NCBI GenBank assembly: GCA_028534125.1 | Contig: CM052832.1 | Location: 6,388,001 to 6,452,000 of the forward strand | Direction of reading: 5' to 3' | DNA from: Lama glama | Taxonomy: Eukaryota | Length of the DNA: 64,000 nt | Shown here: positions 12,305-24,900 of the stretch, piece by piece | How the letters are laid out: each line of letters begins with the position of its first letter | Numbering within the stretch: the stretch's first letter is position 1 | Notes under the pieces: model-generated | The model's input: only the letters and a program-made list of their open reading frames with translations | The model's database searches: none | Told to the model about the DNA's origin: nothing | Position numbers and translations under genes: made by a program

Positions 12305-12510
12305 GGGCAGTGGTGAGGAGCCTGCGTTCTGTCTGGAGCCAGACCCTGTGCTTTGCAATGGTCAGCCCTTCACTTCTTGGCTTTGTGACCTTGGATAAAG
12401 TCCCCTGTGACTCAGTTTCCACAACACAAAAGTGCGTAATGAGGGGACAGGTCTAAAAGATTGCTGTGAAGAGTTGCTTCTCATGAAGCCTCCGGAACAG
12501 TATCTGACCA
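12305..12510 (+). mobile_element. MIR SINE (degenerate)
   Basis: ggctttgtgaccttggataaagtcccctgtgactcagtttcc resembles the MIR core. Confidence 0.6.
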
Positions 12511-13614
12511 CAGTGGTTGTGGAATGGAGTTAGCCAGGATTATTTTATATCACACGTGTGTGTGTTTGTGTGTGAAAATTATACACAGAGAGAGGACCTA
12601 GATTTAGACACAATCTACTCAGAATCAAAATACATACACCCTCCACATTTTTGCATTTAATTCACAGTTAGGAGTCTTTGAAAGTAACCCTGAAGGGACA
12701 TGACATCCTAAACCATCATTTTCCCCAGGTTTGACTTTAGATCGTGCCCATGATTAAAACAGAAAGGAAGAAATCCCTTGACACATAAGTGAGTCTGGTT
12801 AACTTCCCAGCATTTGCATCTCAATTTAACTTTGGGAAATCCTTTGTAATACAAGATTTTGTTTAATCCTTAAACTAACCCCAGTATTTCCTTTCTGTAC
12901 AGATGAGCCAGTTATGGGCTATAGAAACTGAGTTACTTAAAGCTCTCTCTATTACGAGTAACAGCAGCATGTCTGAAACTATTTGAAGCAGGCATGAACA
13001 TTTATTAGTTCATGCAGAAGATGCTAGATGGATACGCCTTCAGGCACAGCTGGACTCAGGGGCTCAGTGTTCTCAACATTCTTGCTCTCCCTTTGTGGCT
13101 CTGTCTCCCAATGTGTTTATTTCATTCCAAGACAGATCTTCGAGGAAAGAACTCTAAGGGCCTATGAACCACAGACTGAGATCAAAAAGGAAGAGCAACT
13201 CTTTCCTTTCCATCCCGTACGTGCGTCTACTGCAGAGCCAGGAGCCGTGACTGACTGAGTGTGAGCTGTGTGCCCGCCCTGCAGATTCGGTGGTAGCCAA
13301 AGGATTCTGAAACACCCTGGTGGTAGCTAGTTAACATGGAAGGATCCCAAGTACGAGTCTATACTGCAGAAATATCTCTGGCAAACACTTTTGAATGTTG
13401 CCACCTCAAGCCACACCAGGAGTTTTGCTAGTAATATAAAGAATGCTGGAAATCATCTTTGCATTAGTAAAGTGGAATTATCAAACAGCTCTAGGTACAA
13501 AACTCTGGCAGGTCCAGTGGACTAACTTTTGGGGTAGAAACTTAGGCTAGAACTCTACTTGATCCTGGTCTCCCTCACTTAGTGGAATATTCCAATTGGT
13601 TGATCCAATTAGGC

Positions 13615-13795
13615 CAGTGGTTCTCAACTGGGGACACTGGCAACATCCAGAGACAGTTCTGGTTGTCACCACTGGGCACTACCGCCATCTAGTGGCAAGG
13701 GCCAGGACGCTGCTGACATCTTCCAGTGCACAGAACAGCCCCCACGGCAGAGTACCTGGTTCCAGATTTCAGTATGCCAGAGTTGAGTGACCCTG
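13615..13795 (+). mobile_element. MER20 (hAT-Charlie non-autonomous DNA transposon) with internal CTCF-like motif at 13680-13698 (-)
   Basis: Termini CAGTGGTTCTCAAC...GTTGAGTGACCCTG and internal ggttgtcac...catctagtgg...ggccaggacgctgct...gcacagaacagcccc match MER20 as I recall it. Confidence 0.8.
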
Positions 13796-14542
13796 GGGTC
13801 CACAGCTGTCTGCTCCTGGCCTTCAGATTATTCATGTGCACACACATGCCTAGAATGAACCTTTAACTTAACGTGTTTGCTGGCAAGCTCCAAATCACAG
13901 AGCAGAGACCACTACATTTACCAAAATAGGTTGGCTGACTTGGGAGAGCTCGGTATTTAATCAATATATGAATATGTAGCAGAATTTAGAATCTCGATTC
14001 GTTTTAACATTGTGGGGGAGGGGTGATAGTTCAGCCTTTCAAACGACTCGGACTCAGTCCCACTATGTAAGACCAAGGAGTCCAGCAGCCACGAAGCCTG
14101 GAGCTGCCTTCCGAGCGAAGACCCAGAGAGTGAAGGGAACGCTTTCTCCGGGCCTCAGAGTAAAGTCAGTTGTGAATTTGCAGGGCTGGGAAGCACGTGG
14201 AGGAGCAAAGCTGGAGGTTATTTCCAGTTTGGTCTTGGGAGAGAGAAGACTGGTGGGTGGCTGGCTAGCTTCCCATCCACTCTGAAAATTAAACAGTCCT
14301 CTTGGTGTATATTTTTAACTTGAAACTACTCTCTTACTCATTATCTTGCTTTATTACTGTGAGACTCTGTAAGTGTCAAGGTGGGGTTCGAGGAGATATT
14401 AACTATGACTTGCATTTGACAGACGAGTGAGCTAAGACCCAGAGCATACATGAATTTACTAAAACTGCAGAGCAAGGGAGATGGCCCGTCCAAGCCTGCG
14501 GCCAGGGAGCCTGATGTCCAGGCCTCTTTTCTGTCCCCTAAT

Positions 14543-14695
14543 GCAGCAGTTCTCAGCATCAGCATCTCCTGGGAACCTGCTGAAAGTGCAAATTCTTGGA
14601 CCCCACCCCAGATCTACTGAATCAGAAATTCTGGGGGTGGTGCCTCTGATTTGTGTTTTTACCGACCCTTCAGGGGAAGCTAACGCACCCCAGGC
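14543..14695. mobile_element. MER5A-like hAT DNA transposon fossil
   Basis: cagcatcagcatctcctgggaacctgctgaaagtgcaaattcttggaccccaccccagatctactgaatcagaaattctgggggtgg. Confidence 0.75.
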
Positions 14696-15157
14696 GGGAG
14701 AGTCAGTGCCAGGGCGCGGGGGTTGCACTTGCTACAAACTCTTCTCACGCCTTTGCATTCAAGGGACTCTTCCTAACCCCTCACGTTTGTTCCCAGAATG
14801 GCCGTGAAACACGTACTTGGGAAGCTGGTTACGTAGCGCCTGGACCACTCCGGCTCCTTGACGCATCTTCTTCTAGTAAACTTCTGGTGCAGCTCTTCGT
14901 GGGGCTTGTGCTGACTGGGGATGGGACCCTCCACATTCCTTTCCACTTGATCTGTCTTGGAACTTTCTTGCCTCTGGTAATTTTCTCTTCTTAGAAATCT
15001 TAGAAAGAAAGTGTGTCTACAAATACTTCTTTTACATTCTCTTCACCCTGCTATTTTCAGTTTGTTAATATAATAATTTTGTGCATACACGGTGTCCAAA
15101 ATGTACTTTAAAACTTAAAAAGACCTGAGAAATAGCTTTTGGACAACTCTCTCCCTC

Positions 15158-15179
15158 CACACACACACACACACACACA
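15158..15179. repeat. (CA)n microsatellite
   Basis: Direct reading. Confidence 0.9.
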
Positions 15180-15223
15180 TATTCATATACAATTCTGGAC
15201 ACCTCGAAGGTACTGATGAAATA

Positions 15224-15314
15224 TTTATTGAATTTATTAAAGACTTTTCCTTAGAATCAGAGGAACAAAGCCAATGCTGCTGTCAGGAGGAATGTGAACT
15301 TGAAATTCTTTAAT
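15224..15314 (-). terminator. Candidate MEP1A polyadenylation signals (ATTAAA 15309-15314; AATAAA 15233-15238 and 15224-15229)
   Basis: Minus-strand hexamers 0.5-0.6 kb past the MEP1A stop. Confidence 0.5.
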
Positions 15315-15456
15315 ACACAAGAGCCTGAAAGAATAATAACACTATTGTGCTGGATGGAAAAGAAGCATTTGAGTATTTGATTCTAATACAAATGACATAC
15401 GTGTTTCATTGTATGTATCTCACCTGCAGTAGAAATTAGTTTCTATATCTTAGCTA

Positions 15457-15640
15457 TTCATTCAATTACCAGTTCATTCGTTCATTTTCACTGAGTGACC
15501 ACATGTGCCAGGCCAGGCAGGCTCCCAGGCATCGGGCTAATGTGGTAAATGAGGATCCGCCCACGGGGAGCCTACAGTCTACAGGAAAGGCAGTCTATTA
15601 AACAAGGGATTTACAATTCAGTGTCATGAGTGTCACACAC
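15457..15640 (-). mobile_element. L2 LINE 3'-end fragment in MEP1A 3' UTR
   Basis: Minus strand reads agactgtaggctccccgtgggcgg...cctggcacatgtggtcactcagtgaaaatgaacgaatga, a typical L2 3' terminus. Confidence 0.6.
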
Positions 15641-15834
15641 TAGAGACATCTGGAGCCCAGAGCAGGGTGACAGAACCATGTGGGAGGAGGGCAGAGAAAC
15701 CATAAGGGTCACACGGGAGGCTGGAGGCCAAGCAAGGCGGCTAAAAGCCGCCCCAGACTGCACTGAGCACCGGAAGAGAAGGGATGGTCTGGGTGGAGGA
15801 GGCGCGTCTGCGGTCCGGCTGACGTCAGCGGGCG

Positions 15835-15991
15835 TCACTGCCTTGGCCTTTGGCAAAGGACGGAGATGACGGTGAAGGTCAACGAGACCGTGGTGGCCGC
15901 GCCGCTGATGAGCACGCCCAGGACGCCGCCGTGCACCTGCATGGCCTGACATCGCTCTCCAGTGTAGAAGAAGGCGTGCCCGGAGACGCAC
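15835..15991 (-). CDS. MEP1A: MEP1A exon 14 coding part (end of EGF, TM, tail ...CQRPRQ*)
   Basis: ccccctag| acceptor; TGA at 15837-15835. Confidence 0.93.
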
Positions 15992-18900
15992 CTAGGGGGA
16001 CGGGACACAGGGGCTGTGGGAACCACCCGAGCCCCAAGAGCCGCCAGGCCACAAGACCAACACAGCAGTAATGGCAGCGAACACCTAGCGGTTACTCACA
16101 CACGCCTGGCCTCCTTCAGGGTGCTTTATATGAGTCAATAATTTAATCCTGTAACAACCCTTTGAAGTGGTGCTTAGTACCAGGCCATTCTTACCATTTG
16201 CGTTTCACAGAAAGGTCAGATAATTTGCTCAAGGTCACACAGTTAGTAAGTGTCTCACACTTGAAGTCTGATCCCCGGAGGTCTGTCTCCAGGCCCAGTA
16301 ATCTGGGCCACGTGCAAAGTTCAGGGGGAGGGTTTGGGACACCACGACTGTGCTGCCTGACACTGGCTCAGACTGTGAGCTACAGGGAAGTTCTCCAGAT
16401 AGAGCGCCTGACTCTGTGCATTCACTGGAGCTGAAAACTTCCAGACAGTTTCAATTAAAATATTAGGGCAGTGAAGGGCAAAGGAAAACAACCTCAAGGA
16501 GCAAAATGCACAACAGCCTTGAGGAGCTCAGCATCCAAGGAAGAGAAGAAAGACGAAGGAGCTGATGTGAAAAGAGCAAGGGCAGGAAAGCCCACGATGA
16601 GACTGGACAGACCTGATGAAGCAGATCGTAAAGGCTTCGAGACTGTGTTAGGGAGTGTGATTTATCTGAAAAACCGCTGGAAGTTATTTCAGAAAATTTT
16701 TTTTTGTAACATGCATTTCAGTGAATCAATTTTTTTTGTTACATGTATTACTTGGAGGTAGAAATAAAATGAGATACACTGGAATGTGTTCTCCCTCCAA
16801 AAAAACAAGAAATGTTAGGGCAGGTGAGCGTATCGCCACCCGCCTCTCAGGCTGCCCTGCAGTTCACATCCAATAGTGAAAACGTTGTACCATCACAGCG
16901 TTCGACACACAGCAGGCATGTAATGGCCACACCTTGGGATTTTTTTTTTAATGTTATTTGATATAAAGATCAACTCAGAACCAAGGCATTAGAGGTAGGG
17001 TTTCATCCCTTCCATTGTGGTAACAGTTCTACCCTGTGTTTCAAGCAACATTTCTAATCACGAAGTTGACTCACAGAGCAGAATGAGGCCACCAGAAATC
17101 AAGGCTGCCTTTGATTAATCCTGGAATTATTTTCCCTTTAAAGGCCTCATCTCTAGCCTAGGAAATGAATTCTTAAAAACCAGTGAGTTTGTTCCATTTT
17201 TTTCTTGCTCAGTCTCCTCCCAATACACTTGAATTACATTCTCTAGTATTGACTTAGAGGGCCTCCTCCCACAGACCAAGCTGCAGGTTTGTGGGGGAGG
17301 AATGACTTGGCTGAGCAGAGACAGATACACGTGGAGAAAGCCCTGGCTTTCCTGCTCCGAGAAGGATGAAGCCAGTCAGGGCACACCTGGAAACCTGGCA
17401 CCCAAGGACCTATCAGCAAAGAGGTGCTGACTCAGGGCTGTGGATCCTTCAGGAAACAAGGTAGGTGGGCATCCTCCAATACAAGGAGCCAGAGCTTTGG
17501 AAAGAGTAATTGGTTCCAGCTCTGGGGCAGGAAGGGGAGCCGGAGCATCCAGTGGCCAGACAGTAAGATCCTGTTCATGGAAGGATGGGTGCATGTTGAA
17601 AGGGTACAGGAGCCAGTCTGGAAGGGCTCCCTGAGGCCAAAGCTAGAACAATATGAGCAAGAGGGTAACAAGAGCATTGTTGAAATATAGCCCATAGGGT
17701 ACGATAAATGTTTATGGGTCCTCAGTTGTATAAACAAACAATTGCATGGATAAATGAATGGGGAGGCGGGACGCTTATGCTTTACGGAAGAATTTTACTT
17801 AATGAACATGGAGGGAGCGGAGGAAATAGAAAATCACCATGAGAATATGACAGTGGGGGTTGTTGTAGCAGGACCCACAAATGGAGGCTAAGATTAGTGG
17901 GTGTTGATTTGAGGAAAGGCAGGACATCCGCGTGGTCTCTGAAGATCTCTGCCCTCTGCCAAGATGCATGTTAATTACAGAGTGAGGAATGGTAACTTCT
18001 CAGCACGGAGGCCTGGGGAGCACCCTCTTGGCCAGATGATCAAGGCTAACATCACCGGTAGTAATACGCCTTGACATCAGGTAACCCTCCCGTGACCCAC
18101 TGAGAAAGGCACATCACACCTTGGCCCTTCTTGCCCCCAACGTACAACTTCAATATCATCATGAGACAACATCCCAGTTGAGGAACAACTTACAAAATAA
18201 CCAACCAGTACTCTTCCAAAGTGTCAAGGTCACAAGAGACAAGACAAAGGACCTGTTCCAGATTGTGGGAGCTAAGGAGACATGAAAACTAAATGGAACG
18301 TGGGCTCCCGAATTGGATCCTGGAACAGAAAAAGGACGTTGGTGGAAAAGCTGGGGACATCCGAACAAGGTGTGCGGTTTAGTTAATACTATTGTGAACA
18401 GTATTCAGTTTCATTAATGTTCATTTCTTGGCTTTGCTGATTGTACTCTGGTTATATAAGATGTTGACTTTAGGGCATGGGAAACTCTGCAGTACTTCTG
18501 CAACGTATCTGTAAGTCTAACGGTATTTAAAAATAAAAGTTAACAAAAAAGAAACAAAGTAGAGAGCATAAAGAAGAGAGAAGAAATGTAGATGTTTTGA
18601 ACCAAGCAGATGGGTTCCCACATCTGCTACTATTCTGTCAAGTGAAACTGATGGGTCTACATCCTTTTATGAAATAGTTTATGCAAATGACAAACATTAT
18701 GAAAAGAACTATTAAATACAGCAAACTGCACAGACAGACAGACAGACAGACCTGGAGGCAAGTCCCAGCTTCAGCATTTACCATCTGGGTAATTTGAGAC
18801 AAATGACTTAAATTGTCCAAGCTTCAACTTCCTCATGCACTAAACGGGGATAAGAAGGACCATTATGTCACGGGGTGGCTCTGAGGAATAGTTCAGATCA

Positions 18901-21900
18901 CGCATGTGCACTGCTCGGGGGAGCACATGACACGTAGCAAGCAGTCCCCCAATATCAGGTATTCTTACTACTGTTACTGAAAACGTAACTACAATAATAG
19001 TACAACAGCACGAACAGACACTAGACATAATAATAGTAACTAAAGCAATGATAACAGCTGCTGTCAGGGAAGATTTAAGCTTGGTTCTGTGTCTCACGCT
19101 GGTGAATCCTAGAAGCTAAAATCTCTGGGTCATTTTGGGGGAGGGTTGTGGTGAGGTAATTAGGTTTATTTACTTAATTTATTTTTGAATGGAGGTACTG
19201 GGGATTGAACCCAGGACCTCCTGCATGCTAAACATGTGCTCTACCACTGAGCTACTACCGACACCCCTCCCTACCCAGCTCTGGGTCATTTTTGAGCCCT
19301 GCGGTGGACTTTGAAATTTCAGCAATATTCAAGATGTTGCTGACAACGCCCCAGAGTGAGAAAGGGGTAAAAGTCAAGAGACAGGAGACTGGGACTCCTC
19401 TGCCCTGGCAGGACCCCTGCTCCGCCCACCGATTTGGGGCATGGCTTTGTGGAGCGAAGCTGCCCTGACCTGAGAAGCGAGCCCCTCAGCAGGATGAGCA
19501 GAGCCGGGGCTCCCCTCTGCGGACCCGCAGCTGCAGCCCCCAGGCCACCGCGCCTACCTGCAGCTGGCCATCCCCTTCACGTTCACACAGGTGCCTTCAT
19601 TTTGGCAAGGGTTCGGGTCACACGGGTCTCTGAAGTACTGTGGCCAGTTGTGGTCCTCCAAGGGGCCCGAGCTGTCCACCGACCGCTTCTGTCGGCTGGG
19701 CTGCCCCTGGCCCAGGCTGCCCGGTCGGGCTCCCTCTGACGAGACCTGCTGCTCCTGGTCTTGGAGAACGAGGCCTTGGGGGGTCAGCCTGCTGCCTTCA
19801 ACGTGAACCTCAGTCTGGTGAAGGTGGGCGATGTCTGGAGGAAACAGACAAAGGGCGGTGAGAAAGACGTACGATTCATATCTGACCACAGTTCACTTCC
19901 ACACCCGGAGAACGTTCCCTGGGCTGCCTCTGCCCCTCGCGGACATCGCCTTCAGTGGGACGGAAAGTGGCTCTGAATATATGCACTGGATTCTCATAAT
20001 GCCAGCCATTTTACGTATTTATTTATATCGACGTAAAGTTGACTTAAAATATTAGTTTTAAGATGAACAACCTAGCAATTTGACATTTTTATGGATGGCA
20101 CTCCTTGCAAAGTTATTATAAATAGTGATTAGATCCCCCGTGCTGTATATCATGCCTTGTAACTGATTTATTTCATGCATAGTAGCTTGTACCTATTAAT
20201 CCCCTGGCCTCATTTCGCTCCTCACCCCTTCTCCCTCCGGGAATCGCTAGTTTGTTCTCTGGATCTGTAAGTCTGTTTTGTTACATTTATGCCTTTATTT
20301 TGTTTTTTAGATTCCACAGATAAGCCAAAAGCATACGATAGATGTCCTTCTCTGTCTGGCTTACTTCACCAAGTGTGACACCCTCCAGGTCCACCCGCTA
20401 CCGCGCACGGCAAGAGTTCATCCTTTTCCCCTATTTTTATTTCTAAAGTAGCCTGATCACATCTTTATTTATTTAACTTGAAAAAATAAGCAGAAAGTGA
20501 GCATGGATAGGCTGGCTGAAACTAAACTGAAGTCAGCAGACTGTCACATCTGATAAATTTTACGAAAAGATGACACAAAAATTGTAGTTTTTCCCGAGGA
20601 CACTTAAAATCAAGGGGACTCCTTGAGTAACAGAGCAAAACGTGGTGCTCTTAGAGTGCATCTTTTTTTTTTTCAACCTAATCCCCCCAAAAGATCCCCA
20701 CTTTCCATGAGATGCTTTAAAAAGATCTATGTAAAATCAACAAACACACAGAATATAGGATTATTAATTTAGGAAAACCAGCTAAATACCTTCAAAGTCC
20801 ACAAACATGATAAGATCGTCATTTTTAAGGAAACTCCTCCTTTTCAGCATTTGGTGGGAGATGACAGCACTCCAGCCCCAGTCGATGCTTCTAAAACAAT
20901 CGCAGCTGTTATGATAGGATCCCACGGTGGATGGCCTGTCCCAGATGACGGAGCCGTTGATCGCTGCAAAGTTACAGGTGACGGAAAGTCACGTTACATC
21001 TTTCTTTTCCACTTTCCAGTGTGTCTTTAATGAGTATCTAGACCTTTGTTAATCAGAACAAAAACATGTTGGGAAAAATCGGGTTATTTACTCTCTCTGG
21101 GAGGATTAAAACTCAGAACTGGGAGTGGGGCAGAGCAGAGAACCACAGCTCCAAATGATCAGTGGTCCACTACTGAGTGACTTCCTCAATGAAGGAAGAG
21201 ATGGCTATAGCTTCTTCCTTTTAAGGCTTAAGTCTCTTCTTTTTTTAAAAAAAAAAACTTTGCCCATTTCTTTATTGATGCAAGTTTGTTTCCTGGACAT
21301 ACCGACAGTCAGCAATACTTTAGGAGTCAGTGCATTAGCTCTGCTCGGAGCCTAGCAAATTCTGAGTATTTGATAAATGATTAGCAGGACCCATCTCCTC
21401 GGACAGAGCTCAGGGAAGCAGGGACTGCCTGATTTGCTTGTCTTCGAAGGAGTTAGCACAGACTTTGAAACATTGCAAGCTCTTCCTAGATGCTTGTTGG
21501 ATGAATTCAGGAAGGAGGGAGAAAATGAGATGATATTGAAATGTGTAACTTAAGGCTCCCCCACGGCAATGCCGTAGACATGCCCACGGAGGAGATGTGA
21601 GGGTAAAGCCAGTCTCTCTTGCACAGATGAGAATCACCTCTTCTGGCCCTTCCACGTCGAGGGGAAGTTCTTATAAACACCTACCTGCAGATGTCTGGGA
21701 CTTGGAGGTAGTGAACACCATGCTGGAGGACATTCTCTTCATGACATCGGGTTCCTGGTCGAGTATTGTCATGACCACCTGTCTGTTTTCCACTGGCCAC
21801 TCCAGGACAGCGTCATTCTCTCCACTGCACAGGTGGAAGGCAAGCCCCAAGTAGCCTGAGCGCTCGGAGGTCATTCTGCCGTGAGGGTATAAGGTCAACC

Positions 21901-24900
21901 CCAAACCATAGCCCTCTGAATTGTAGAACCGAGGGCTCTGAAGCCTGTCCCCTTTTGCCGTGCTCTGCAGGACCTGGGAGAAATTCCGGACCGTCCAAAC
22001 CCCTGTGGGGCATGGGGTTTCGGTCAGAGTGATGTCGTCCAGGTAAATGCCCCCACGTGAGTTCTGGGGGTCACCTTTTGTGCCCTGGAAAAGGTAGCGA
22101 AACTTCTTTTCCTCTCTGAGCGTAACATGGGCAATTTTCCAATTTTGGTCAGAATCTCCTGAGGACAGAGAATAAAGGCGGTGACCACTGTGGACAACAT
22201 TTTCTGAGCACTCACCTTGAGCCTGGTGCTGTGGGCTTTGTTTGTTTACAACAAACACAAGAGATAGGTACTATTAGAAACTCATTAAGGAACTTTTCCA
22301 AAGTCACGTATCTAGTATGGGAAAAGAGCTTAAAAAAAAAAAAGACAGTCTATGATTTATCAAAAAAATCTTAATTATGAGTTTGTTTTCCATTTTTATT
22401 TAATTCCACAGGTTAGGGTTTCCTCTGAATTTGATGGTATAAATGACCCCCATTCCTTAATTTTAGCACTGAATTCTCAAGCATTAGGCTGAACCACATA
22501 AAACAGACATTTGATAAGCCAAAAGCTGAACAACTGGCAGTTTCCTACGGTCCAGCCTATGACATCATGCTGGAGAGATTTATCGAAGACTCTGAAGTAA
22601 CCGATAACTTACAGGACAAGCTGAATCTCCCCTATGCAAAGCTGGCTCACTCCCAAACACCCTTTTTTTTTCCCCCTTTTCCTCATATTCACTGAAATTC
22701 CACCAAGTAGGGGATTCATCCTCTTTTTTTAAAAAAAAATTCAAATAGAATCACCACTATCCAGATAGCCACATTCTAGTAAAAATCAGGTCTTGATTTT
22801 TTTTTTCCTGAAAACTGAATTGGAAGTGGGAATTTGGAATCAAGAGATGGAGTAGAAAATGAGAGGGTTATTCTAGAACATGGGATGCTTACGGGTCTGG
22901 GAAGAGAAAACTGCCCGGCCAGAGAGACGCAGAGCTCCCCAGAGACCTGCCCCTGCTTTGCCACTGCACCCCGGGTGCTTTAGCTGGATCCCGCTCACAT
23001 CCAGCCGTGGCCTTGGCATTTTAGGATTTTCATGCTGACCCTCTGATAGAACTACATCAAGTCCCATTTAGGAATATGTCAATGACAGTGATGAAATTAA
23101 TAGATATAAGTGGCTCTTACTTCCCACCAACTTCACAGGTAGGTTTCAAGTGACTGTAGTTTATCATTCAGTTTTCTGAAACAGATGCAGAAACACATAA
23201 GGCCGACTATCTAACTACCCTCTCTCCACAGCACCAATTTCTCCTTCCCTTTAACCTTCCAGTCTTCACCCCTGAATCACCCACTTTTTCTGTCCTGGCT
23301 TTCTCCAAAGTTCTAGTGAAAACTGGATTTTTATAGTCTGATTGGCTTCCCCCTATTTTATCTCCCTGATTGGCCTCTTACAATAGTATATTTCAGCCTC
23401 ACCTGAGCCCTCAATTTCTAAGTGGTTAAAACATCCACTGAGTGGTTAAAACATGCCAGGCATTACGCACGTAGAAGAGGAGGGAGGGGGAGGAGAGGAA
23501 GGGAGAGGTGGGAGAAGAGGGGGGGAGTGGACGGGGGAGGAGGGATGGGAGAGGGAGGAGGGGAAAGGGGAGGAGTGGGGAAAGAGCACACCCCGGATGT
23601 GAAGCCCAGTCAGTCCTCACACGATGCCCTTAATACCTTGGAAGGTCTTCACCTTGACCAGCTTGCGGACGCTGCCCGTGCTGTCATCCCTGCGGACCCA
23701 GACGACCAGCCTGTCCAAAGGGCTTCCTGTCATTTTATAGAAGAGCTGCAGGCACTGCTGCCGCCTCTTTGGGTAAAGGATCCGTGACTCCAGTAGAGCT
23801 GCCTCCTCGGCTGCCCCCGAGCTGGTGCTGAAGTGCATGTAGAAGCCGGCACCTGGGGAGACAGCACCCCGAAGTCCCATCTCTGGCTGCCCACACCCCG
23901 GGCTGCCGCCAGCCCAGGCAAAGCGAAACGGTGAGCAAGAGTCATTATCTAGGGCTCTTCTGGGGAAAATAAACAGAAGGCTGGTTGTCAGTAAATATCC
24001 TGTCTGTCTGCGTGGACAGAATCGCTGGCCACAGCCAGGGCTCTCCCACGCCTCTTCTGATTGGCTTTGTTTCTGAGGTTGTGAAATGAATACCTCTGGC
24101 TTGAGAAAACGCAGGCTTGAAGCCAAGTTTGATGGAATTTAATGTCTAGGAGATGAGTTCTGTTTTCTTCATGAACTTCATGGTTTCAAGGAAAGACTCA
24201 TTCCAAGGAGAAGAGCTGACTTTCCAGTTCTATAAGAAACTGTGGGATTCAAAGTTTTAGGAACTGGATTCTAAGTGCTCCCAATGAAAAGGGTTCAATT
24301 TCACCTGTTTCTAGTCTAACGACTGGATGTGTTATCAGTGGTAAAGAACGATCTTTACTGAGTCATAAAGAGGGCTATTCAAGGCATATTAGGGGCTAAG
24401 TGAGGATTTCTCCTGAGTATAAAGAAAGCTTTGGAAGAACACCAAAAAAGAGGGCGGAAAATATCGACATTTATGGCAGAGGTTGGGTTTGCCCAGCTCA
24501 GCCATCTCAAAACTCTCTCCCCCAAAACAAGCAGGCGGCTAAAGGAAGGACACTTTTTCAAAGTCAGGGGTGATGAACAATTCTTGCATATAAAAAAGTC
24601 ACTTAAACTGACTCCCACACTCAGCCAAATGCTCCACTCAAAGCATTTCACTGAGTAAAACTGAAGTGAGCACCTGGCGCCGTTCTCGGTACTTTGACCA
24701 GACGGATCCCTGCCTCGTCTCGCTCCGTGCACGGGGCAGGTGCCTTCCCCACCGGCAGCGAACATCAATATTTAAGTAGGCTCTCCACAAAGCTGAAAAG
24801 TATCCTAAAGGCTTTAATATTTCATCAGCGAAAATTGTATTTTTTGTTCTTCTCAACACTTGAACTATACTCGCCTAAGATCTCTGCATTAGGGATTATG

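Noticed and set aside
14700..15010. Purine-rich minus-strand segment beyond the MEP1A 3' end, as a possible alternative last exon
   Set aside because: Only a weak acceptor and no recognisable coding signal; unsupported without transcript data
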